DNA from: a virus
Length of the DNA stretch: 64,000 nt
IMG/VR virus record: IMGVR_UViG_3300021376_000037
Span: 1 to 64,000 of that record
Direction: 5' to 3' (one strand)
Shown here piece by piece: positions 15,062 to 23,196 of the stretch (the first letter of the stretch is position 1; each line of letters begins with the position of its first letter). A model generated the notes under the pieces. That model worked only from the letters and a program-made list of their open reading frames with translations. It did not search any database and was not told the DNA's origin. The translations under genes and the position numbers were made by a program.

Positions 15062-15215
15062 AGATGTAGACAGTATAGTGTATGTTTTTTCTAAAATGTC
15101 TGTTGCTTCAAAACACGATTTCCTAGCAGCGTTGATGGTAGAACACCCAGAACACTTTCCAAAAATCACTGATGCCCTTGGAAACGATTACAAAAAATCT
15201 ATGGTGCTAGCATGA
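15021..15215 (+). CDS. hypothetical protein
   Basis: 64-aa ORF coupled to next. Confidence 0.5.
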   Translation: MQKRILMPDHLSNKDVDSIVYVFSKMSVASKHDFLAALMVEHPEHFPKITDALGNDYKKSMVLA

Positions 15216-15430
15216 AAGAGGGAGATTTAGTTAAAGTTGCTATTGACAATAAAAATGATAAAATGTTTGCATATGGCATATTAACTAATAATACCCCAGA
15301 AACTGGTCTTGATGGATATAAAGAAGTATGGTTGTTTAAATATCCAAATATATTTGGTGATATGCCTCCTCAAAAAAGCTTATACGTTAAAGAACGTATT
15401 ACCCACATCAAGACGTTTGAAGATTGGTAG
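15212..15430 (+). CDS. small EGDLV-family protein
   Basis: MKEGDLVKV...YGIL. Confidence 0.6.
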   Translation: MKEGDLVKVAIDNKNDKMFAYGILTNNTPETGLDGYKEVWLFKYPNIFGDMPPQKSLYVKERITHIKTFEDW

Positions 15431-15443
15431 GACTAAATAATAT

Positions 15444-15626
15444 ATGGGTATTTATGCCCATAAGGAGTTTGATATGTTCCTCCCAGCCATAGCTGAAAAA
15501 CTAAAGAAAGAAAAAGATCTACCAATTGAAAAACATTTAGAATTGCCTATATATTACGAACAAATGCCGCAAAATAAACAAGAAAAACAATCAAATCAAA
15601 CAGTTATACATATTCAAATAATCTAA
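15444..15626 (+). CDS. hypothetical protein
   Basis: 60 aa after ACTAAATA motif. Confidence 0.55.
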   Translation: MGIYAHKEFDMFLPAIAEKLKKEKDLPIEKHLELPIYYEQMPQNKQEKQSNQTVIHIQII

Positions 15627-15651
15627 TTAAAATAGAAATTTAAGATGTGAG

Positions 15652-15687
15652 AAACTACTTATGACATAGCGCATAAGTAGTTTTTTT
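15652..15687 (+). terminator. hairpin/terminator overlapping late-promoter-like motif
   Basis: AAACTACTTATG-N8-CATAAGTAGTTT + T tract. Confidence 0.55.
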
Positions 15688-15693
15688 CATTTT

Positions 15694-16515
15694 ATGAACC
15701 TATTACTAGAAAACATTAGTTACGACGATCTTAAAAAATATCTAAAAGAGTTCTATAATTATGCTAAAAAAGAACTTGTGTTAGATAGACCTCCGCGTTT
15801 ATTCTTAAAAGAAGATCAAGAAAACGCAAATGATTTATTAGGAAAAACAGGATATTACGATCCGCAAAAGGAAGAAATACATTTATTTATAACTGATAGA
15901 CACGGTAAAGATATAATTCGTTCTTTTTCACATGAACTAGTGCATCACTGTCAAAAATTACATGGTATGAACGATAATATCGATTTGTCAGCGACAAAAG
16001 ATCCTGCATATGCTTCTAAGAATCCGCAGTTAAGAGAAATGGAACGTGATGCTTTTGAGCGCGGAAATATGATTTTTAGAGATTGGACAGACATGAAAAA
16101 ATCGGAGAAAAACAAAATGTTAAATGAAAAGAAAAGTAAAGGTAAAAAACCAAAAACTTTTGCGGGTAAAGTAAAAAGAGTGCAACAAAAAAATCCTGAT
16201 CTTTCTAAATCTTCTGCTGAAAGAATTATAGGCGCTCAAGTTGCTGGTGAAAAAAAGAATGAAACAAAAAAACCATTAACTATTAAAGAAAAGGCAAAAT
16301 TACAAGCTAAAGAACATGTAAAAGCAGCTTTGGGAAGAGGAGATTATATGAAAGAAGAAAGTCCGCAAGAAATAAAAGAAGAATTAAAGCAAGAGCAAAA
16401 TAAAAATCCATATCCTCAATTATTTACTGAAAAAGAGCGTTTGCTAAAAGACGCCTTTAATAAAAGAGAAGATGTTATATATCAAGAATTAATTCGCAGA
16501 TTTATTAAAAAATAA
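15694..16515 (+). CDS. putative zincin metallopeptidase-domain virion protein
   Basis: GKTGYYDP...DIIRSFSHELVHH...EMERDA. Confidence 0.7.
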   Translation: MNLLLENISYDDLKKYLKEFYNYAKKELVLDRPPRLFLKEDQENANDLLGKTGYYDPQKEEIHLFITDRHGKDIIRSFSHELVHHCQKLHGMNDNIDLSATKDPAYASKNPQLREMERDAFERGNMIFRDWTDMKKSEKNKMLNEKKSKGKKPKTFAGKVKRVQQKNPDLSKSSAERIIGAQVAGEKKNETKKPLTIKEKAKLQAKEHVKAALGRGDYMKEESPQEIKEELKQEQNKNPYPQLFTEKERLLKDAFNKREDVIYQELIRRFIKK

Positions 16516-16677
16516 ATGGCAAGAGATTTTACAATAAAAATTGATCCTAATGAATTAACTGGTAGTGTTAACGGTAATATTGTACAAGTGCCGTTTATTA
16601 GACACGTTAATAGTGTGCCGTCGCTTAAGCAAGATTCAGAAGCTTATACGGTTTATAATGGTGGAAAAAAGGTATAA
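16516..16677 (+). CDS. 53-aa hypothetical protein
   Basis: fills gap exactly; MARDFTIKIDPNELTGSVNGNIVQVPF... Confidence 0.6.
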   Translation: MARDFTIKIDPNELTGSVNGNIVQVPFIRHVNSVPSLKQDSEAYTVYNGGKKV

Positions 16678-16680
16678 CCC

Positions 16681-18159
16681 ATGTCACAAACTATTTTAGA
16701 GAGCGGTTTAGAAACTAAAAAAGAATTAACTTTTTCTAAAATAAAAGAAATTTTAACTTCCGCTTGCGATGTTAGTTTAAAAAAAACAAAAGAGCTATCA
16801 GGACAAAAAGTTTTTATTTCCTTTGTTGACGGCAAGGCAAGAACAATTATCAATTCATCAGATAAAAAAACTGGTGGTATTACAGCAGCTGAAATAGAAA
16901 ATAAAATATCTGATAAAGATAAAAGTTTGTCGTTGAAAAATGCAATTAATAGTTTTGAAAAAATAATAAATACATATATTAGTCATGAGCAACAAAAAGA
17001 ATTATTTGAAGAAACAGATACAGATAATTTACAACAAGAAGAAAAAAGATATATTTATTATTTTGGTTTTCAAATAATGGATCATAGTAACAATGAAATG
17101 ATAAATTATGATACAAAAACTTTTATTTTAAATCATAATGAATATAAAAAAATAGATTATGCAACAGGTAAAGAAATACCTGCTGATTCTTCCGATGTGT
17201 CTAAAAGATCTAATAAGTTAGAAAAAATTATCAACTCTGCCCAAGACGATAAGAATTCAGATTCTAATCACAATGAAATATCAGCTTTTAAAAAATTATC
17301 TTCTTTATCTGATAAGGTTCCTTTAAATACAGCGATAAATAAAATTGATTCTTTATTATCTGCTACTAACAGTTATATAAATAACGAAGAGTTATCTTTA
17401 ACAGACGAATCTTCTATAGATGATTTTATGTTAGCAAGAGTTATCGCTTATATAAACACTATTTTAAAACATAAAAAAATTAATGTAGACCCCATGTTAA
17501 AAGTTGCTATTGCTAAAACTGTTATGGGGGTCGGTGGAATATCTATAGTTGATATTTCTAAAAAATTAGAAGACAAAGATAAAAAATATATAAAAGAAAA
17601 TATAATTAACCCAAATAGTAAAAAAGCTATTATAAAAAAGTCTATCTATCCATTAGAGCTTATAATTAATAATTTTGCTGTAGATATGCTAAAAGGAATG
17701 AAAAGCTTATTTTTATTAACTAAAAATAAAGATTTAGTAAGTATTAGCAAAGATATTGATTCAGCTATTAAGAGTATAGGTAATATAACGGACGGTGATA
17801 CTAAAAACATTTTAAAGAACGAAATAAGAAATCTTAAAAAAGCGGACGCCCTAAGCTCTACTAATAATGGTTTTACATTTATTTTTGATAATATTGTATA
17901 TAAATTTAATGGTAGTTACGAGCCAGTTAGTAAATTATTAAGTTTGCTAAATTACAAATCAGAAATTGAGCAATTAAATGAAAATGTTTTTGATATAAAT
18001 GATATAATTAGTGAAGTTTTATCCTGTAAAAAAGAAAAGTATAATTTATTACGTAAAAAGAAGAAAGTAAAGGAAATGGCGGCGGCTGGTATGGGGGGCG
18101 CAATTACAGGATTTGGTGCTCCACTGATAGTTAAACGTAGAAGCTTAAGGAGATATTAA
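16681..18159 (+). CDS. hypothetical protein (possible degenerate ligase-like fold)
   Basis: 492 aa; LTFSKIKEIL...KELSGQKVFISF and GFTFIFDNIVYKFNGSY segments. Confidence 0.7.
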   Translation: MSQTILESGLETKKELTFSKIKEILTSACDVSLKKTKELSGQKVFISFVDGKARTIINSSDKKTGGITAAEIENKISDKDKSLSLKNAINSFEKIINTYISHEQQKELFEETDTDNLQQEEKRYIYYFGFQIMDHSNNEMINYDTKTFILNHNEYKKIDYATGKEIPADSSDVSKRSNKLEKIINSAQDDKNSDSNHNEISAFKKLSSLSDKVPLNTAINKIDSLLSATNSYINNEELSLTDESSIDDFMLARVIAYINTILKHKKINVDPMLKVAIAKTVMGVGGISIVDISKKLEDKDKKYIKENIINPNSKKAIIKKSIYPLELIINNFAVDMLKGMKSLFLLTKNKDLVSISKDIDSAIKSIGNITDGDTKNILKNEIRNLKKADALSSTNNGFTFIFDNIVYKFNGSYEPVSKLLSLLNYKSEIEQLNENVFDINDIISEVLSCKKEKYNLLRKKKKVKEMAAAGMGGAITGFGAPLIVKRRSLRRY

Positions 18160-18160
18160 G

Positions 18161-18997
18161 ATGGAACATGTGCAAGTATTAAGAGAATATGTACGAAATG
18201 TTTTGAGACAGTTAAAATCTAAACAAAGAGAAGAACTACGTCTAGAAAATCAAAACTTTAGAAGATTACGTAGAGAAATTCGTAAAGTATTGCGAGAAAA
18301 ACAAGACACTACTCAACATAATTCTACAGGTCTTAATGCATTAGAGAAACTTTTAAATAGCATTGTTCCAATTCTAGAAGTCGGATATAAAGATTTAAAA
18401 ACAGACGTTTCACAACGCACATCCTTCAAAGCACACATAGTACGTGGTATACAAAATTTATTGTCTACAGCAGATTTATATTCTAGAGTAGACGACGAAA
18501 TAACGGGTGATGTTGCTCCACAGGAAGAACCACAAGAACAATTAGAAGAAGAAGATGGCGTAGACGTAAAATTAACTCCTGAAAAGAATCCTAAGTTTAT
18601 TGATATTGACAAGGATAAAAAAGATAAAGAACAGCAGCAACAAAATGATCCAATGAATGCATTTCAACCAGTAGAAGGAGAAGACTTAACTGGTAGAAAC
18701 TTTGCCTTGGAAACATTCAAGAAAATTCAAAAACAAATTTTAGAAACATTTTCACTCCTTTCAGACGAAAAAGATAGAGATATTTTCTACAGATATTTAA
18801 TAACAAATGTTAAATTGTACTTTGACAAGTTTGAAACTGAATTACAAGCTACCCCGGAGGAACCCACAACTCCTGAATATGAAGCCGAGAAAGCAAAACT
18901 AGATGCAGAGTTACAAGCATCAGCACCACCGACTGGTGGAGAAATGGCAGCGCCACCGGAACCGGGATTAGAACAACCAATTGAAGAGCCAGCATAA
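18161..18997 (+). CDS. hypothetical acidic virion-associated protein
   Basis: 278 aa; LREYVRNVL/LRREIRKVLRE motifs; AGGAG SD. Confidence 0.75.
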   Translation: MEHVQVLREYVRNVLRQLKSKQREELRLENQNFRRLRREIRKVLREKQDTTQHNSTGLNALEKLLNSIVPILEVGYKDLKTDVSQRTSFKAHIVRGIQNLLSTADLYSRVDDEITGDVAPQEEPQEQLEEEDGVDVKLTPEKNPKFIDIDKDKKDKEQQQQNDPMNAFQPVEGEDLTGRNFALETFKKIQKQILETFSLLSDEKDRDIFYRYLITNVKLYFDKFETELQATPEEPTTPEYEAEKAKLDAELQASAPPTGGEMAAPPEPGLEQPIEEPA

Positions 18998-19066
18998 TAA
19001 GCATAACCAGAAAGTACAACAACAAAAATTTGTAGTTAAATCTAAATATTAAAAAGGAATATAAAC

Positions 19067-19306
19067 ATGAATCCTGCAAAACGTAAAAAATTATACAGAC
19101 AAAGTTTAGCTCAACAAAAACAACAAGTTGCTGTTCAAGTTAAACCAGTTGAAAAATCAGTTGAAAAAAAAGAAGTAGTCGTTGAAAGCGTTGTTCAGCA
19201 AGCTGTTTCTACAGAATCTTCAAATGTGGAGCTAGGTTTAAAAGTGACTGAGACTACAGAAGACAAAAAAGATAAGAAAAAGAAAACTGCTACACAAGAA
19301 GCTTAA
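19067..19306 (+). CDS. hypothetical protein
   Basis: 79 aa, AAGGA SD. Confidence 0.6.
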   Translation: MNPAKRKKLYRQSLAQQKQQVAVQVKPVEKSVEKKEVVVESVVQQAVSTESSNVELGLKVTETTEDKKDKKKKTATQEA

Positions 19307-19326
19307 TTGTGTTATAGTGGTTAGTT

Positions 19327-19608
19327 ATGAGCCACAAAACATATAAGCTAATTGGTGAAGAAATAGGCAGTTTAGTAGATGAAAAAAATGCTGCATACGG
19401 TAGTTCGTTTGCTGAATCTTATAAAATCTTGAGCGTCTTATATCCAGATGGTATTAAACCACATCAATATACAGACGCTCTTGCTATTATAAGAGTAATA
19501 GATAAATTATTTAGAATAGCCAACAAAAAAGATGCATTTGGTGAATCTCCTTGGAGAGATATAGCAGGATATGCTATATTAGGAGTTGCCAATAATGAAA
19601 AAGAATAA
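19327..19608 (+). CDS. Nmad1/DUF1599-like all-alpha nucleotide pyrophosphohydrolase-fold protein
   Basis: EKNAAYGSSF...RVIDKLFRI...ESPWRDIAGYAIL. Confidence 0.7.
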   Translation: MSHKTYKLIGEEIGSLVDEKNAAYGSSFAESYKILSVLYPDGIKPHQYTDALAIIRVIDKLFRIANKKDAFGESPWRDIAGYAILGVANNEKE

Positions 19609-19993
19609 TTATAAAAATACTTGTAAAGATTATAGTATTAGTAAAGTATTAAGAGAAGAAAAAAGAAGTAATGAATACTTTGAAATAATGTTAAATAATT
19701 TAACTTTAGAAGAATTAATAGCTTTAAAGTTAGAATTAGGATATAAAGCTATTGGATTTCCTTTACATGGGTTTCCTGTTTGGAGAAGTACTAATTATAT
19801 AGTAAAAGACGCATTATTAAAATATGCTGTTTCAGCTACACAAACTAAAAGAGAGGCAATGAGATTTTTAGGTTTAGAATCAAAAAGATTCTTTAGATTA
19901 TTGAAAAAATTTAATATCAATGCCTATTTCACCAAACAGGAAAAACAAACAGATGAATATAACAAAAGATCAGTTGAAGAAAATATATCCTAA
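19595..19993 (+). CDS. Fis-like HTH DNA-binding protein
   Basis: ALLKYAVSATQTKREAMRFLGLESKRFFRLLKKFNI matches Fis/HTH_8 pattern. Confidence 0.65.
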   Translation: MKKNNYKNTCKDYSISKVLREEKRSNEYFEIMLNNLTLEELIALKLELGYKAIGFPLHGFPVWRSTNYIVKDALLKYAVSATQTKREAMRFLGLESKRFFRLLKKFNINAYFTKQEKQTDEYNKRSVEENIS

Positions 19994-20528
19994 TATAAGA
20001 CCTGAAAAACTAGAGGTATATACAAATGCTTTTAATAAAGTTTTTCCTTCTTATTGTATCGATACCCCTAGACGGATTGCTGCATTTCTTGGACAAGTCG
20101 GCGTCGAAAGCGGAGAACTCAGATACGACAAAGAACTAGGCTCTAAATGGAACAAGAGAGATGTCGGTAATCGATTTGAACCTGTTGGTACTCTTTATGA
20201 AGGACGCAAGAATTTAGGTAATACTCAAGTTGGCGATGGTCCTAAATTTATTGGTCGCGGCATTCTTCAGTTGACAGGTAGAGCAAACTATACTAATATG
20301 TCTAAGAAATTAGGAGTTGATTTAGTAAACAATCCTGAATTAGCATGTGATCCAGAAATAAGTACTAAAATTGCTTGTGAATATTTTAAAGAACGTGGTT
20401 TATTAGATTTATCTGATAAATGGAATTTAGAAGAAATAACACGTAGAGTAAATGGTAATGCTAAACTTCATCATGATTTGCGTGTACAATACAGCGAAAG
20501 AGCATTAAAAACTTTAAATCCATTTTAG
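19953..20528 (+). CDS. GH19 glycoside hydrolase (endolysin)
   Basis: AAFLGQVGVESG, YEGRKNLGN, FIGRGILQLTGRANY, ITRRVNG. Confidence 0.92.
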   Translation: MNITKDQLKKIYPNIRPEKLEVYTNAFNKVFPSYCIDTPRRIAAFLGQVGVESGELRYDKELGSKWNKRDVGNRFEPVGTLYEGRKNLGNTQVGDGPKFIGRGILQLTGRANYTNMSKKLGVDLVNNPELACDPEISTKIACEYFKERGLLDLSDKWNLEEITRRVNGNAKLHHDLRVQYSERALKTLNPF

Positions 20529-20529
20529 T

Positions 20530-20730
20530 ATGAATAATTATAAATTTTCCTGTGATGAATGTGGATGGCATAATGCTCCTAATATGATGGCTGTTGCACA
20601 TATCGGTTTTAAGTGGTATTGTAGTAGGTGTTTAGATAAATTCTTAAAAGAAGAAAAACGTAAACAAAAAGAAAAGCAACAAAGATTAGCAGAACAACAA
20701 TTAAATATTAGTGGCAGTAAGCCTGTATAG
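20530..20730 (+). CDS. small Zn-finger protein
   Basis: CDEC...CSRC; 3' end overlaps tRNA-Thr. Confidence 0.55.
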   Translation: MNNYKFSCDECGWHNAPNMMAVAHIGFKWYCSRCLDKFLKEEKRKQKEKQQRLAEQQLNISGSKPV

Positions 20731-20792
20731 CACAGCGGTAGTGCAATAGTTTTGTAAACTATAGGTCGGGGGTTCAAATCCCTCTACAGGCT
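20721..20792 (+). tRNA. tRNA-Thr(TGT)
   Basis: acceptor GCCTGTA/TACAGGC; anticodon arm ATAGT-TTTGTAA-ACTAT; TTCAAAT T-loop. Confidence 0.92.
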
Positions 20793-20798
20793 CAAAAT

Positions 20799-20872
20799 GC
20801 GAATATAGCTCAGTTGGTTAGAGCAGACGCTTGATAAGCGTCAGGTCAGTGGTTCAAATCCACTTATTCGCA
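20799..20872 (+). tRNA. tRNA-Ile(GAT)
   Basis: GCGAATA/TATTCGC; GACGC-TTGATAA-GCGTC. Confidence 0.95.
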
Positions 20873-20876
20873 CTAT

Positions 20877-20960
20877 GCCCGTGTGGTGTAATGGTAGCCA
20901 CGGCAGATTCAAAATCTGCTGCCCCTTAAAGGCGTACTGGTTCAAGTCCGGTCACGGGTA
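20877..20960 (+). tRNA. tRNA-Leu(CAA)
   Basis: GCCCGTG/CACGGGT; GCAGA-TTCAAAA-TCTGC; long variable arm. Confidence 0.92.
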
Positions 20961-20963
20961 TTT

Positions 20964-21035
20964 GCAGGAATAGCTCAGTGGTAGAGCATCACGTTGCCAA
21001 CGTGACGGTCGTGGGTTCAAATCCCATTTCCTGCT
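20964..21035 (+). tRNA. tRNA-Gly(GCC)
   Basis: GCAGGAA/TTCCTGC; TCACG-TTGCCAA-CGTGA. Confidence 0.95.
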
Positions 21036-21352
21036 TGTTGATAGTAGGTAGTAGGCTTACAAGTAGCCATCTTTAATGAGTGAGACAAAATCCTTATAGC
21101 AGATATAATTCCGTTAACAGCGGGGAGCGTTGCGAAATATTGCCCGAAGAAAGCACAACGAAACCCGAAGTCAGTTGTGTAGACACATCGTTGGTAGGAA
21201 AGCTCCTATATATCATTAGTCTTGAAGGTTGGGTAATGGGCAGAAAGTCAGGAAACTGATTGGACCGTAATCAACGATAAGATAATACTGAAAATATTAT
21301 TCTGTTGGTTGCCACCATCTCTTTAGTGTAGTAACACGTCTACTATTAACAA
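21036..21352 (+). ncRNA. structured RNA containing a split mimic of the 23S rRNA uL11-binding domain (H43/H44)
   Basis: closing helix TGTTGATAGTAGG/TCTACTATTAACA; GTAGGCTTACAAGTAGCCATCTTTAATGA ~ 23S 1059-1088; GTGTAGTAACAC ~ 1091-1102; many internal hairpins; no ORF of 60 aa or more. Confidence 0.8.
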
Positions 21353-21367
21353 CTTGAAAGGAAATAT

Positions 21368-21667
21368 ATGGCTAAGAAAAAAGAAACATATTGGAATTAT
21401 AGATTATATGAAAAAGAATTTTGTAGTTCCGCTGGAGAAAAATGGACTGAATGTGGTATAATTGAAGTGTATTATGAAGGACAAAAGATTAAAGGTTATA
21501 CAGATAGTTTTATGTTCCCCTATGGTGAATCAGCTGCGGAAGCAAAAGAAGATTTCTTATTAATGAGTAAGGCTTTTGAAAAACCAGTTCTAACAATAAA
21601 AGATTTAGAACCTAAAAAAACAAAAGCTAAGAAAGTGAAAAAGAAAAATGAGAAAAGCAAGCGTTAA
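21368..21667 (+). CDS. conserved phage protein (WNYR...IEVYY family), copy 1
   Basis: WNYRL...GIIEVYY...PYGES...KAFEKPVL; GAAAGG SD. Confidence 0.75.
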   Translation: MAKKKETYWNYRLYEKEFCSSAGEKWTECGIIEVYYEGQKIKGYTDSFMFPYGESAAEAKEDFLLMSKAFEKPVLTIKDLEPKKTKAKKVKKKNEKSKR

Positions 21668-21956
21668 AGATTGGAATTATAGAGTATTTAAATCTGGTGA
21701 TTTTTTTGGTATAGTAGAAGTATATTATGATGTTAGCGGAAATCCTGTTGGCTTTAGTGATTATAATTATCCGTTTGGTTATACTGAGGGAGAATTAAAA
21801 TTAGATATATCCAGCATGCTAAAAGCTTGCAGATTACCTGTATTAACAAAAGAAGATTTTGAAAAAAAATCTGTACGTAAGAGTAAAATTGTTGTACCAT
21901 CAGTAAAGAATCCTCCACCTAAAGAGGTCATGGCTAAAGGAGATAATAATGTCTAA
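21648..21956 (+). CDS. conserved phage protein (WNYR...VEVYY family), copy 2
   Basis: WNYRV...GIVEVYY...PFGYT...KACRLPVL. Confidence 0.75.
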   Translation: MRKASVKDWNYRVFKSGDFFGIVEVYYDVSGNPVGFSDYNYPFGYTEGELKLDISSMLKACRLPVLTKEDFEKKSVRKSKIVVPSVKNPPPKEVMAKGDNNV

Positions 21957-22197
21957 TTCTTGGAAAGTAGAAAATGTTTTTATTTCTTATGAAAATGCAA
22001 AAAATTTTAAAAATGAGTTGCAAAGATCTCCAAGAGGTGCTACATTACAAGTTAAGATTCATCGTTATGCTGCAACCGATAAAGTAAATACACAAACATT
22101 TGTTGTTAAAAGTAGAACTGACCCAAGTTTAGTCGCTACAATACAAGAAATAGAAGAACAATTGTTAATTAATAAGAGTAAAACTAAAAAGAAATAG
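21949..22197 (+). CDS. hypothetical protein
   Basis: 82 aa, AAGGAG SD. Confidence 0.65.
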   Translation: MSNSWKVENVFISYENAKNFKNELQRSPRGATLQVKIHRYAATDKVNTQTFVVKSRTDPSLVATIQEIEEQLLINKSKTKKK

Positions 22198-22204
22198 GTG
22201 ATAT

Positions 22205-22831
22205 ATGATCTTCGGTAAAACACTCAACGACGATAAGGATAAGCAGAAGGAAGCTGCGCCACAACGTAAGTCTAGAGAAAAAGACGAAGATATTCTTGAG
22301 GTAGAACATGAAGATGGACGTATTTATTTTTATACTGAAGTTAACAAAGGTTCTATTTTAGATCTCAATAAGGCTATTCGTGCAAGCGAAGCAGATATGC
22401 TTCATACTGCTAATGTTTTAGATATTGCTCCACCGCATATTAAATTGCATATTAATAGTCCCGGTGGCAGTTTATTTGACGGTCTTGCAGCAGTTGATTA
22501 TGTACGCAAGTGTAAAGTACCTGTTCATTCTATTATTGAAGGTATGGCAGCGTCTGCTGCTACACTTATTTCTGTAATGGCCCATAAACGTTCCATCAAT
22601 AAACATTCTTATATGCTTATTCATCAACTTTCTTCTGGATTAGTAGGAAAGTATGAAGAGTTAGTGGATGATATGGAAAACAATAAAACTTTAATGAAAG
22701 CCATTAAGCAAATTTATCTGGAACGTACAAAAATCCCAGAAAACCTGTTGAAAGATATTCTTAAAAAAGATATCTATTTTGATGCAAAGCAGTGTTTGAA
22801 ATACGGTTTAGTAGACCATATTATTGAATAA
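22205..22831 (+). CDS. clpP: ClpP-like protease proteolytic subunit
   Basis: IKLHINSPGGS, GMAASAA (Ser), MLIHQ (His), KDIYFDAKQCLKYGLVD. Confidence 0.88.
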   Translation: MIFGKTLNDDKDKQKEAAPQRKSREKDEDILEVEHEDGRIYFYTEVNKGSILDLNKAIRASEADMLHTANVLDIAPPHIKLHINSPGGSLFDGLAAVDYVRKCKVPVHSIIEGMAASAATLISVMAHKRSINKHSYMLIHQLSSGLVGKYEELVDDMENNKTLMKAIKQIYLERTKIPENLLKDILKKDIYFDAKQCLKYGLVDHIIE

Positions 22832-22844
22832 AGGAAAATATACA

Positions 22845-23117
22845 ATGAAGACTATCGTTATGACAGCAGTAGCAGCAGCTATGTTTGTAGGCTGTACCAG
22901 TAAGACTTCTACACCAGTAACAGGCACAACTACGACCACTACACCTGTTGTTGAAGTAACTGCTCCCGCTGTATCTACACAAACAACCCCTACTGTAGCC
23001 GCTCCAGTTGCTCCACAAACCGCTGTAGTGGCCCCATCCGTAGATGGAAGCTCCTCTGCCGTTCCATCGACAGGTAGCGTTTCTGACAGTTCTACAAACA
23101 CAGTAGAAAAGAAGTAG
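22845..23117 (+). CDS. Thr/Pro/Ala-rich lipoprotein
   Basis: signal peptide with lipobox FVGC followed by low-complexity T/P/V/A. Confidence 0.7.
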   Translation: MKTIVMTAVAAAMFVGCTSKTSTPVTGTTTTTTPVVEVTAPAVSTQTTPTVAAPVAPQTAVVAPSVDGSSSAVPSTGSVSDSSTNTVEKK

Positions 23118-23196
23118 TTTGCATAATCCCACAGGTGACGGCATGGGGAGTTCGCTTTATTAACGAACAAAAAGATGTCGTCTTTCTATTTATTAT

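Noticed and set aside
21036-21352. Genuine rRNA gene fragment, tmRNA, RNase P RNA or group I intron
   Set aside because: similarity is limited to the H43/H44 core and is split; no tmRNA GGGG 5' end or T-arm despite an internal CCACCA at 21312; no RNase P GAGGAAAGUCC; no group I P7 consensus or terminal G recognised
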